Below are positions 9,791-18,232 of a stretch of 64,000 nt of DNA, piece by piece (within the stretch, counting starts at the first letter, position 1; each line of letters begins with the position of its first letter). Source of the stretch: an uncultured Clostridia bacterium (GTDB taxonomy: Bacteria; Bacillota; Clostridia; TANB77; CAG-508). A model generated the notes under the pieces. It ran no database searches. It had not been told where the DNA came from and was given only the letters and a program-made list of their open reading frames with translations. The stretch lies in assembly GCA_947627935.1 (NCBI GenBank), contig CANQXY010000001.1, positions 15,495 through 79,494 of the forward strand, read 5' to 3'. The position numbers and the translations under genes are program-made.

Positions 9791-11113
9791 ATGCCAAAAA
9801 GTGATATACCTAAAAATGTAAAATGTTCTTTTTGTGGAAAGTCACAAGAAAATGTTAAAAGAATTGTTGCTGGACCAGGTGTATATATTTGTGATGAATG
9901 TATTGAACTATGTAATAGCATTATAGAAAATGAAATATATGAAGAAGAAAATGAAAGTTATACACTAAATGGACTAGATAAAATTCCTAGTCCAAAAGAA
10001 ATAAAAGCAACTTTAGATGAATATGTAATAGGACAAGAAAATGCTAAAAAGACTTTATCAGTTGCGGTATATAATCATTATAAAAGAGTGGCACATGAAG
10101 AAGAATCAGATAAAGATGATGTAGAAATACAAAAAAGTAACATATTACTTTTAGGACCTACAGGATGTGGTAAAACTCTTCTTGCAAGTACTTTAGCTAG
10201 AATATTAAATGTACCATTTGCAATTGCTGATGCAACAACATTAACAGAAGCAGGATACGTTGGTGAAGATGTTGAAAATATTTTATTAAAACTTATTCAA
10301 GCAGCTGATGGTGATATACAAAAAGCACAAAAAGGTATAATATATATAGATGAAATAGATAAAATAACAAGAAAATCAGAAAATCCATCAATAACTAGAG
10401 ATGTAAGTGGAGAAGGTGTTCAACAAGCATTACTTAAAATTGTAGAAGGAACAATAGCTTCAGTACCACCACAAGGAGGTAGAAAACATCCACATCAAGA
10501 ATTATTACAGATAAATACAGAAAATATATTATTTATTTGTGGAGGAGCATTTGAAGGATTAGAAGATATTATAAAAGAAAGAACAGGAAAAAAATCAATA
10601 GGATTTGGAACTCAAATAGAAAGTTTAAAAGAAGTTGGAAGATATGAAGTATTTGAACAACTATTACCACAAGATTTATTAAAATTTGGTTTAATTCCTG
10701 AATTTATAGGAAGATTACCAATTATTGCAACATTAAAAGAATTAGATAAAGAAGCATTAAATAAAATATTGGTAGAGCCAAAAAATGCATTAGTAAAACA
10801 ATATAAAAAATTATTTGAAATTGATAATGTAGAACTTGAGTTTAAACAAGAAGCTATAAATGCTATAGTAGAAAAAGCAATTGAAAGGAAGACAGGAGCT
10901 AGGGGCCTACGTTCAATAATAGAAGATATTATGAGAGATATAATGTTTGAAATACCTTCAAATCCTAATATTGAGAAATGTATAATTACAGAAAAAACAG
11001 TTTTAGAAAATTCTGGACCAGAAGTAATCATAAATGAAAATAAAGAAAATAAAACAGCAATAAGGAAAGGTAAAAGACAAATTCCTGAAAAAAATAATAG
11101 AGAAACAGCTTAA
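9791..11113 (+). CDS. clpX: ATP-dependent Clp protease ATP-binding subunit ClpX
   Basis: It has an N-terminal C4 zinc finger (CSFCGK...CDEC), a Walker A (GPTGCGKT) and a GYVG pore loop. The start is set at MPKSD, 7 nt after aaaggag. Confidence 0.95.
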   Translation: MPKSDIPKNVKCSFCGKSQENVKRIVAGPGVYICDECIELCNSIIENEIYEEENESYTLNGLDKIPSPKEIKATLDEYVIGQENAKKTLSVAVYNHYKRVAHEEESDKDDVEIQKSNILLLGPTGCGKTLLASTLARILNVPFAIADATTLTEAGYVGEDVENILLKLIQAADGDIQKAQKGIIYIDEIDKITRKSENPSITRDVSGEGVQQALLKIVEGTIASVPPQGGRKHPHQELLQINTENILFICGGAFEGLEDIIKERTGKKSIGFGTQIESLKEVGRYEVFEQLLPQDLLKFGLIPEFIGRLPIIATLKELDKEALNKILVEPKNALVKQYKKLFEIDNVELEFKQEAINAIVEKAIERKTGARGLRSIIEDIMRDIMFEIPSNPNIEKCIITEKTVLENSGPEVIINENKENKTAIRKGKRQIPEKNNRETA

Positions 11114-11161
11114 AACAAATGATTTTAAAATTTTAATATAAAAATATAGGAGGTAATAGAT

Positions 11162-11701
11162 ATGGAATTAAAAGGATCACAAACAGAAAAAAATTTAATG
11201 GAGGCATTTGCTGGAGAATCACAAGCAAGAAATAAATACACATATTATGCAAGCAAAGCAAAAAAAGATGGATATGAGCAAATAGCAGCAATATTTGAAG
11301 AAACAGCTTTAAATGAAAAAGAACATGCAAAAATATGGTTTAAATTATTACATGATGGTGCAGTTCCATCAACAATAGAAAATTTAAAAGATGCAGCTAG
11401 TGGAGAAAATTATGAATGGACAGATATGTATGATGGATTTGCTAAGACAGCAAAAGAAGAAGGATTTGATCATATAGCATATTTATTTGAAGAAGTGGGA
11501 AAAATAGAAAAAGAGCATGAAGAAAGATATAAAAAATTATTAGCAAATATTGAAGATGGATTAGTATTTAGCAAAGATGGAGATAAAATATGGAAATGTA
11601 GAAATTGTGGACATATTGTTATAGGAAAAGAAGCTCCAGAAGTTTGCCCAGTATGTAATCATCCACAAGCATATTTTGAAATAAAGGCAGAAAATTATTA
11701 A
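11162..11701 (+). CDS. rbr: Rubrerythrin (ferritin-like diiron domain plus C-terminal rubredoxin-like CxxC...CxxC)
   Basis: The sequence is [16 protein letters not shown]...EKEHAKIW...CRNCGH...CPVCNHP. Confidence 0.9.
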   Translation: MELKGSQTEKNLMEAFAGESQARNKYTYYASKAKKDGYEQIAAIFEETALNEKEHAKIWFKLLHDGAVPSTIENLKDAASGENYEWTDMYDGFAKTAKEEGFDHIAYLFEEVGKIEKEHEERYKKLLANIEDGLVFSKDGDKIWKCRNCGHIVIGKEAPEVCPVCNHPQAYFEIKAENY

Positions 11702-11703
11702 TA

Positions 11704-11733
11704 AAAGGCACATATATATGTGCTTTTTTATTA
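11704..11733 (+). terminator. Intrinsic terminator of rbr
   Basis: The hairpin aaaaggcacatatatatgtgcctttt is followed by a T-run. Confidence 0.5.
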
Positions 11734-11779
11734 TGTATGGTTAATATTTCTAGTGATTATATAATTAATAATAGTTTAT

Positions 11780-11930
11780 GGGGGTGTAATGGTTTCGACA
11801 TTATACTAGAAATATAAATAGCGAGTAGTGGATATTTACAAAGCTATATTTAATTTGAGTATGTTTGTTTATGCAAATTAATGGAAGGTATAGTGGACAG
11901 GAGTTCTATTCTCCTCACTTTCATCAATGA
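11780..11930 (+). pseudogene. ssrA': Internally deleted tmRNA (ssrA) remnant: about 57 nt of the 5' end joined to about 90 nt of the 3' end, with a degenerate acceptor end
   Basis: The 5' segment ggggtgtaatggtttcgacattatactagaaatataaatagcgagtagtgga is identical to 12908-12960. The 3' segment ...ggacaggagttctattctcctcactttcatcaa matches 13128-13259 with substitutions. The tag ORF and pseudoknot region are absent. The upstream promoter region is also partly duplicated or deleted. Confidence 0.55.
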
Positions 11931-12024
11931 GGTATCTGTTCAAACTTTTTTTAGTTGTTGAGGCTATTCCGATTATAGATAAATTGTACAAATGTTCAAA
12001 ATATATTGAAAAATAAATAAACAA

Positions 12025-12058
12025 TGGCACACATATAAAAATGTGTGCCATTGTTTTA
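12025..12058. terminator. Bidirectional hairpin terminator (aatggcacacatataaaaatgtgtgccatt) downstream of the reverse-strand Cys-cluster gene
   Basis: A perfect 13-bp stem is flanked by T and A runs. Confidence 0.45.
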
Positions 12059-12124
12059 TCCATTAGTAAGGATTATGCTCAGTAGAGCTCCTCTTTCTGA
12101 TAAGATAATGTAACTTACATCATC

Positions 12125-12721
12125 TTATAATGAACATGGAATTTCTTTGTCATTGAAGTATTCTGCCAAATCGTGTAACAGTCTTTGATGAGATTTCCAC
12201 TCATAACAGCATTTATCAATACTATAATTAGAATTACATCTCCTTTCTGGTACTCCAAATACAGAATTACATTCATTTGATGGAATTAAGAGTCTTCCAC
12301 CAGTTGGCCTGTGCTCGTAATCAAGTTTGCATCCTTTTTCTGTTAGTAAAATACAAGGACTTCTTTCATATCCGCAATCTACAATAGGAGCATTTTGATT
12401 TCGTGCTCTAAGAATATAAATACCAAAATCTTCATAAATCATTTCTCCATCAACAAAGTCAATAGAAATATATCCTTTTTCTAACTCCTTTTTCAAAAAA
12501 TCGAAAGAAATTTCTTCAAAGTCGTCAGGGCTAAAATGACAGCCGCAGCGTTTACAGCATTTGCCACCACATTCAGCACAAATTTCGGTATTAACATTTT
12601 TAGATACAGAATAGTCTTTGCTTATACTCCGATAAGGCAATGTAGGATACATTAATTCTTCAAACCATCTGTGAAATTCATCTTCATTCATACCAAAAGC
12701 ATTCATAGTGTAGTCCTCCAA
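12125..12721 (-). CDS. YkgJ-family cysteine-cluster protein (CxxCGxCC putative zinc/iron-chelating domain), nested between the ssrA remnant and intact ssrA
   Basis: The 198-aa ORF has the CAECGGKCCKRCGCH motif plus further Cys pairs, and nearby hairpin terminators. There is no obvious link to neighbouring functions. Confidence 0.5.
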   Translation of the reverse strand: MEDYTMNAFGMNEDEFHRWFEELMYPTLPYRSISKDYSVSKNVNTEICAECGGKCCKRCGCHFSPDDFEEISFDFLKKELEKGYISIDFVDGEMIYEDFGIYILRARNQNAPIVDCGYERSPCILLTEKGCKLDYEHRPTGGRLLIPSNECNSVFGVPERRCNSNYSIDKCCYEWKSHQRLLHDLAEYFNDKEIPCSL

Positions 12722-12864
12722 TTCATTGTTTATTTGCTATTCACATGTTTCGTATTTATTATACTAAATTTTACATAAAATTGCAAATTTAATTTGCTAT
12801 TAACAATATGTTTTCTTAAAGTCTTGTTCATGAACATTATTATTATCTATGGTTAATATTTCTA

Positions 12865-12893
12865 TTGATAAAAAATATTAGATGTAGTATAAT
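12865..12893 (+). promoter_or_regulatory. Sigma-A-type promoter of ssrA (TTGATA-17-TATAAT)
   Basis: The promoter is visible in the sequence, about 15 nt upstream of the mature tmRNA 5' end. Confidence 0.45.
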
Positions 12894-12907
12894 TAATAAT
12901 AGTTTAT

Positions 12908-13259
12908 GGGGGTGTAATGGTTTCGACATTATACTAGAAATATAAATAGCGAGTAGTGGATTCTCGTTGGCCACTTTAATAAACGGGAAAATAAATATAA
13001 ACGCTGATAAACAAGAATTAGCATTTGCTGCCTAAGAGCGGCAACGTCTTACTAGATGTCCCACACATTTAGTAAAGGCGATTATTTAGTGGGAAACAAA
13101 GCTACTTTTGCTTTAGGAGTAGTGGGTATTTATAAAGATATATTTAATTTGAGTATGTTTGTTTACGCAAATTAAATGAAAATAAATAACAAACTGCACT
13201 CGGAGAATTTTATATGGAAGGTATAGTGGACAGGAGTTCGATTCTCCTCACTTCCACCA
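12908..13259 (+). ncRNA. ssrA: tmRNA (transfer-messenger RNA, SsrA)
   Basis: The 5' GGGGGUG pairs with the 3' CACUUCC-A-CCA in a tRNA-Ala-like acceptor stem with G3:U70. A T-arm GGACAGGAGTTCGATTCTCC is present. An internal tag ORF ends ...GATAAACAAGAATTAGCATTTGCTGCCTAA (…DKQELAFAA*). The length is 352 nt. Confidence 0.9.
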
Positions 13260-13417
13260 ACAACGTATCTGTTCGAACTAATAGAACAGGATATATAAAT
13301 ACCACTCTGAAAAAGGGTGGTATTTTTTAGTTTTATTTTCAGTATGTATTACGTCATCCCCGAGTTTTGTATCATTGGTCAAAACTCATAGGGGGTTAGG
13401 ACTTTTGTCAGATTAAA
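13260..13417 (+). repeat. About 160-nt repeat (copy A) immediately 3' of ssrA: terminator hairpin plus a conserved inverted-repeat box GAGTTTTG-N10-CAAAACTC
   Basis: It is roughly 85% identical to 21445..21608, which follows tRNA-Thr. A partial copy is found at 14690..14768. Confidence 0.6.
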
Positions 13418-13595
13418 AAGCCCTTTATATAAAAAATAAATTTGTCTATTTTTTTACTTTAACATAAATTTTATTTCCTATTATAAAGAAAAAACAATAA
13501 TTTTCAAAGTATAAAACTCTTTAATTATCCTTAATAAATTGCAATAATTACATTTATATGTTAAAATAATAGCAATTAAAAAATAAGGAGAAATT

Positions 13596-14600
13596 ATGCA
13601 AGAAAAAAATATAGGAAAAATTACTACTGAAAGTTGGACATATCTTGATGGAGTACTTATTGAACATAAAGAAAAAGGAACACGTCAATCTGAATGGAAA
13701 TTAGCTGAACGTGAAACTGAAAATATTAGCATTGGTATGATAAATCCTGCTTATATAGAGATTAATGAGATTCAAGATAAGGATGATGAGTACAAAAAAA
13801 TTAAAAAATTCTTAAATAAATATGTAGAAAGATATGCAGAAAAAAATAGTATTCCAATTGAAGATTTAAGTATTGAATTTATAAATTATGGTAAAACTCA
13901 ACTTGTATATGTATTATCTGAAAGAAATGGTAAAAGAGTTACTTTACTAGTTAAGCAACCTGCTGTTCAATTAGGCAAAGTTCATCAAGAGGCTCAAAAT
14001 CTATGTGCTTTAAAAAAGAAGGATAAAAATGTTGTTGCACCAATAGATTATTTTCAACTTGGAGACCAAGAATTATATACAACTCGATATATTAATCAAG
14101 CTAGATGTATTGCTAGTTATGGCTCTTGGGGAATGTATGTTCCAGAACCATATTATAGATTTGAGCCATTTACACCAGAACAAGAAAAAATTGTTAATTC
14201 TTGTATGATTGCTAAACTTGTTAGCTTGTATGATTTTGAAAATCAAGAAGGAATAAGTTCTTGTAAATTAGGTGGTGGAGATTTCATGTTACCTAAAGGA
14301 TGGGAAAAAGAACCTCTAACTTTTGAAAATATTTTTAATAAATTGTATTTAACAGCTGCTAGAGAGAAAATAAAGTGTTCTTATGATGAATATATATCAA
14401 TTATAAGAGATGAATTTTCAAGAGCGACAATATCTGAAAATCAAAAAAATTTAATTATAAATTTAAGAGGTAGAGTTCCAATTAAAATTGAAAACATTAA
14501 CTCTGGAATTCAATTAGGACAAGCAATTATACATAGCAAGAAATATTGTCATTTAGAAAATAAACTTACAGGAAGAAAAGAAGATGATTTTGAACGTTAA
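13596..14600 (+). CDS. Hypothetical protein (334 aa), cargo of the ssrA-associated mini-element; weak protein-kinase-like features (Gly-rich loop NYGKTQLVY, VTLLVK)
   Basis: A long ORF with a good RBS (aaggag). It lies between repeat copy A and the right-end remnant. No confident family assignment can be made from the sequence alone. Confidence 0.6.
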   Translation: MQEKNIGKITTESWTYLDGVLIEHKEKGTRQSEWKLAERETENISIGMINPAYIEINEIQDKDDEYKKIKKFLNKYVERYAEKNSIPIEDLSIEFINYGKTQLVYVLSERNGKRVTLLVKQPAVQLGKVHQEAQNLCALKKKDKNVVAPIDYFQLGDQELYTTRYINQARCIASYGSWGMYVPEPYYRFEPFTPEQEKIVNSCMIAKLVSLYDFENQEGISSCKLGGGDFMLPKGWEKEPLTFENIFNKLYLTAAREKIKCSYDEYISIIRDEFSRATISENQKNLIINLRGRVPIKIENINSGIQLGQAIIHSKKYCHLENKLTGRKEDDFER

Positions 14601-14659
14601 AATTTATCTATAATTTTTGATATATTATAATAGGGATTTAGTGGTAAGATTGTATGATA

Positions 14660-14768
14660 AATTGTGAAGTTGTAAATATCTACGTCGTTGGCACCAATAA
14701 TTTATCTATTCTAACTATAGAACAGATAACTAGAAATATCATCCTGAAAAACTAATATTTTTAATTAT
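14660..14768 (+). repeat. Right-end remnant of the ssrA-associated element: the conserved motif AAGTTGTAAATATCTACGTCGTTGGCACCA followed by a degenerate copy of the first ~75 nt of the 160-nt repeat
   Basis: Hand alignment: 24 of 30 nt match 22101..22130. The following ATAATTTATCTATTCTAACTATAGAACAGATAACTAGAAATATCATCCTGAAAAAC aligns with 13263-13330 and 21448-21515. Confidence 0.45.
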
Positions 14769-14779
14769 TTGATATAAAT

Positions 14780-14808
14780 TTGAAATATTATGTCGAATAT
14801 GCTATAAT
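14780..14808 (+). promoter_or_regulatory. Sigma-A-type promoter (TTGAAA-17-TGcTATAAT) for the 155-aa hypothetical gene
   Basis: The promoter is visible in the sequence. The implied transcription start site excludes the ATG at 14811 and supports a start at 14874. Confidence 0.4.
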
Positions 14809-14873
14809 ATATGGACAAGGCAAGTCTTATGCATATAAATTACCTAGAAATAACTTTTTGGGAGGTATATAAT

Positions 14874-15341
14874 ATGGAATGGTTAAAAAGAATTTTATCA
14901 AAAAAAGAATCAACAAATGATTCAAATCAAGATAAACGGATAGATGTTTATCATGACTATGGAACAAGCTTGTTGGAATATGTACTAAAAAGTGGAGACT
15001 TTGAAGAACGTATTAGAGGAAGCCAAAAAAAGTATATTCTTACTAATGTTGAGGAATGTAAAAACAAGGTTTCCATCTTTGGACTTGTAACATCTTGGAA
15101 AGGAACTGGTCACATGGAGTGGGAATATCTTCTTGCTGCTTATTTTGCTGATACTCTAATGGAAGCTCTTAATAAACATCAGGAAGAGGCAGATATTACT
15201 TGTCTTTTTGATAAAGATTTAATGTCGAAAGATGGCAGTAAAGTTTTTAAACAGGAAGACATATATGCTCACTTAATTGATTGGTTTAATGTTGAATCAG
15301 AAACAGATTATGAAGTACGAGTTTCTCTAAAATTCAAGTAA
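14874..15341 (+). CDS. Hypothetical protein (155 aa)
   Basis: The ORF follows the RBS gggagg 8 nt upstream. Local GC is visibly higher than in the surroundings. There are no recognisable motifs. Confidence 0.55.
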   Translation: MEWLKRILSKKESTNDSNQDKRIDVYHDYGTSLLEYVLKSGDFEERIRGSQKKYILTNVEECKNKVSIFGLVTSWKGTGHMEWEYLLAAYFADTLMEALNKHQEEADITCLFDKDLMSKDGSKVFKQEDIYAHLIDWFNVESETDYEVRVSLKFK

Positions 15342-15347
15342 ATCCAT

Positions 15348-15378
15348 TTAAAAAAGCTCCCTGTTTAAGGGAGTTTTT
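15348..15378. terminator. Bidirectional terminator (aaaaaagctccctgtttaagggagtttttt)
   Basis: A perfect hairpin sits between convergent genes. Confidence 0.5.
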
Positions 15379-17765
15379 TATATTAATTTATTTAAATTAC
15401 CATTAGTATATTTTATTCCTTCTAATCTTGAATTAGATTTTACAATATTTATAATATCATTTATTTCATCAATAGATTCATCTAATATATCAATTCTAAC
15501 TGAATTTGCATTAAAATCTGTATGTGAAATGGAAGTTATTTTAGAATTATATATTGTTGTAGTATTACAAATATTATCAGGAATAAATCTAAAATTAAGA
15601 CCTAATCTATCTTTTAGATAGTATTTTTTATCTGTATTACAATTTTTAGAACATTTTTCATAGCATTTATTACTTTCACCTAAAAGACAATAATTTATTG
15701 TCATAAGTGGTACTTTACCATATACAATAAGTTCAATTGGTATATCATAGTTACATATATCAATTATTGAAGACTTATCTAATTCAGGAGATATTGTAAT
15801 TAAATCAAAATTTAGTTTTTTTAGTTCAGTTAAAGTATAATTATTAAATACATTAAAAGTATAGTTTGCCACGTATTTTAGATTATTTGTACTTAATTTA
15901 TCTAATAATTTTATTTGTGAAATATTTGATAATATTAGTCCTTTAATATTAAATTTATTTAAAGATAAATTTAATATATTTATTAAGCTTTCAATATTTT
16001 TTTGTCTTATAATATTAGGCAATAAAACATAAGTATCAAACTTATTAGAAAGAATATTAATTATATTTTTATATTTTGTATTATATAAATATTTAATTGG
16101 AATATATAAATTGTCAACATCATTTAATTTTGAATAATCAAAACTTAAATTTAATTCGTTTAAAAGTAATGAAATATTTTTTTTACCTATATTTTGCTTT
16201 TTGTTTTTATTAGGTGTAGGCAATTTAACATTATTATTTTTCTTAAATGAATTAATTATTTTACTTTCAATATCTAATAAAGTATTTCTTCTTAAGTCAT
16301 TTAAAACAGAAACAGGTAAAAATAAGCCATCATCTAAAGTAATATTTATGTTTTTAAATTCGAAAGGAGTTTCTGTAGTTTTTGAAAATTGTAGTATTAT
16401 TTTTTCTTTATCTAAAGGTTTATTTTCAGCAATTAGTGGAATATATTCATATATAGTAGAACTTTGTATATTATTTTCTAAACATATTGTTTTAATTTCA
16501 ATATATTTGTTTTTTAAAATAGAAATATCACAATCTAAATGTAATTTTTTAAATTCTTTACTAAAGCTATCTAATGCTTTTTGTTTTAAAGACTTACTTG
16601 TGATTTTATATATTTTATCTCCAATATTAATATTTCCTTTCATCCTTCCAATTGTAACTATTTGATTTATTTTACCAAATTTTATATTTTTATCTTTTTC
16701 CATTAATTCAGATATTGTATAAGTAGACATTTCTTTTTCTACACATATTGAATCACCAATTTCAAGTGTACTTTCTAACTCTAAAGTTATTAATCCTTTA
16801 TTTCTATTAAATTTTTTAACTTTTCCTAGATAAATTCCCATGTTATTTTGTTTATCTTTGTATACTAATTGTTTGTTAGGAGTATTTAAAAGGTGACCTG
16901 TAGAAAATCCACCTCTATTAAATACCTGTAACAAATCATTTTTATCTTGTTCATCAATTATATAAGGGTTGTTTGAGATTGCTAAATCAATATATTTTCT
17001 ATAAATTCTAGTAACAGTTGCAACATATTCTGGACTTTTCATTCTTCCTTCAATTTTTAAACATTTTACACCAGCTTTAATTAAAGTAGGAATATATTCT
17101 AGGCCACATAAGTCCTTGGTACTTAACAAATAACCTTTGTTAAATTCTTTATCATTTTCTAATAATTCATATGGAAGTCTACAAGGTTGAGCACATTTTC
17201 CACGATTTCCAGATCTACCACCAATCATACTAGAAAATAAGCATTGTCCAGAATAAGATATACAAAGAGCACCATGGATAAATACTTCTATTTCAACATT
17301 TGAATTTTTACATATGTATTCAATTTCATCTAGTGAAAGTTCTCTAGAAAGAACAATTCTTTTAAATCCAAGTTTTTCTAAAGCTAATACACCGTCTAGA
17401 TTATGAGTAGTCATCTGTGTGCTTGCATGTATAGGAAGATCAGGAAAAGCATTAATTAATTTAATAGCTAATCCTAAATCTTGTACAATTATTGCATCAA
17501 TCCCATATTCATAAGCTTTTTTAGCAAGTTCAAATGCTTCTTCAAATTCATTATTTTTTATTAATGTATTTAATGTTAAATTTGTTTTTACACCACGTAA
17601 TTTAGCATAATTGATAGCTTGCTCTAAATTATCATTAATATCAAAATTTGTTGTAAAAGCTCTAGCACTAAAAAGATTGCTACCAAAATATACTGAATCA
17701 GCACCATTTTGAACAGCAGCTTTTAATGATTCAAAGCTACCAACTGGTGATAATAATTCAATCAT
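15378..17765 (-). CDS. Peptidase U32 family protein (collagenase-like, YhbU/PrtC type) with long C-terminal extension
   Basis: The N-terminus MIELLSPVGSFESLKAAVQNGADSVYFG and the motif E..ASTQM...GRMK are typical of U32. The ORF is 795 aa and the RBS is aggag. Confidence 0.85.
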   Translation of the reverse strand: MIELLSPVGSFESLKAAVQNGADSVYFGSNLFSARAFTTNFDINDNLEQAINYAKLRGVKTNLTLNTLIKNNEFEEAFELAKKAYEYGIDAIIVQDLGLAIKLINAFPDLPIHASTQMTTHNLDGVLALEKLGFKRIVLSRELSLDEIEYICKNSNVEIEVFIHGALCISYSGQCLFSSMIGGRSGNRGKCAQPCRLPYELLENDKEFNKGYLLSTKDLCGLEYIPTLIKAGVKCLKIEGRMKSPEYVATVTRIYRKYIDLAISNNPYIIDEQDKNDLLQVFNRGGFSTGHLLNTPNKQLVYKDKQNNMGIYLGKVKKFNRNKGLITLELESTLEIGDSICVEKEMSTYTISELMEKDKNIKFGKINQIVTIGRMKGNINIGDKIYKITSKSLKQKALDSFSKEFKKLHLDCDISILKNKYIEIKTICLENNIQSSTIYEYIPLIAENKPLDKEKIILQFSKTTETPFEFKNINITLDDGLFLPVSVLNDLRRNTLLDIESKIINSFKKNNNVKLPTPNKNKKQNIGKKNISLLLNELNLSFDYSKLNDVDNLYIPIKYLYNTKYKNIINILSNKFDTYVLLPNIIRQKNIESLINILNLSLNKFNIKGLILSNISQIKLLDKLSTNNLKYVANYTFNVFNNYTLTELKKLNFDLITISPELDKSSIIDICNYDIPIELIVYGKVPLMTINYCLLGESNKCYEKCSKNCNTDKKYYLKDRLGLNFRFIPDNICNTTTIYNSKITSISHTDFNANSVRIDILDESIDEINDIINIVKSNSRLEGIKYTNGNLNKLI

Positions 17766-17866
17766 TTTATTCTCCTAAATTTATTTTAAATTTTTATTAT
17801 AAATATTGTAACACAAAAATAATAATTTGCATATTATAACGTAATAAAATAAAAAGGAGGTAGTAA

Positions 17867-18010
17867 TATGCCAGAAGAAAATAGAAATTTTAATAATGGA
17901 GGCTTATTTGGAAATGATGGAACAATTTTATTTTTCATAATCATTTTCTTATTACTATTTACAAATTTTGGCTGCGGTTGTGGTTGTGGCTGTGGCTGTG
18001 GAAATAACTA
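17867..18010 (+). CDS. YjcZ-like small sporulation peptide with C-terminal (Gly-Cys)n repeat; the frame is broken by an extra A in an A-run at 17877-17881
   Basis: The RBS aaaaggagg lies 7 nt before the ATG at 17867. The intended translation, MPEENRNFNNGGLFGNDGTILFFIIIFLLLFTNFGCGCGCGCGCGNN, needs 4 rather than 5 A's after GAAGAA; as written, the ATG frame reads MPEEK*. A sigma-K-like promoter (AC-N16-CATATTATA) lies upstream at about 17800-17838. Confidence 0.35.
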
Positions 18011-18232
18011 ACATATTTAAAATTCATACTTATTTAATATAAAAAGGGGATAATAGATTAATATTATTCTCTTTTTTGTAATATTTTTGTTACAAACTGG
18101 TAATGAAAAAGTAATGAAAATAGGCGGTTAATTTATTGACTAAAAAATATTGTAATGATATACTTATTCTGATAAAAATTGACAAAAAATACTATAGAAA
18201 AAATATAATAATTAACAAAAGAGGTGGAAACT

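Noticed and set aside
9694-11031. Minus-strand ORFs 9694..9921 and 10612..11031 overlapping clpP and clpX
   Set aside because: They are antisense to highly conserved clpP and clpX with hydrophobic junk translations.
11878-12063. Minus-strand 61-aa ORF spanning the ssrA-remnant 3' end and the 12025-12058 hairpin
   Set aside because: It overlaps an RNA-gene remnant and a terminator. It has no RBS and no coherent protein features.
16201-16665. Plus-strand 154-aa ORF inside the U32 peptidase gene
   Set aside because: It is antisense to a conserved 795-aa protein and its translation is hydrophobic low-complexity.
17940-18000. Possible CRISPR-like or tandem repeat (GGCTGTGGTTGT)n
   Set aside because: It is only ~35 nt of GGYTGY repeats. 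It is in frame with an upstream peptide and encodes a (Gly-Cys)n tail characteristic of YjcZ-family peptides. There are no spacers or cas genes.
18224-18232. GTG start at 18224 for the dockerin hydrolase (METLKLNKL...)
   Set aside because: The GTG lies inside the Shine-Dalgarno sequence AGAGGTGG. The TTG at 18233, 5 nt downstream of the SD, gives a canonical signal peptide MKLNKLISITIIF...NTYA.
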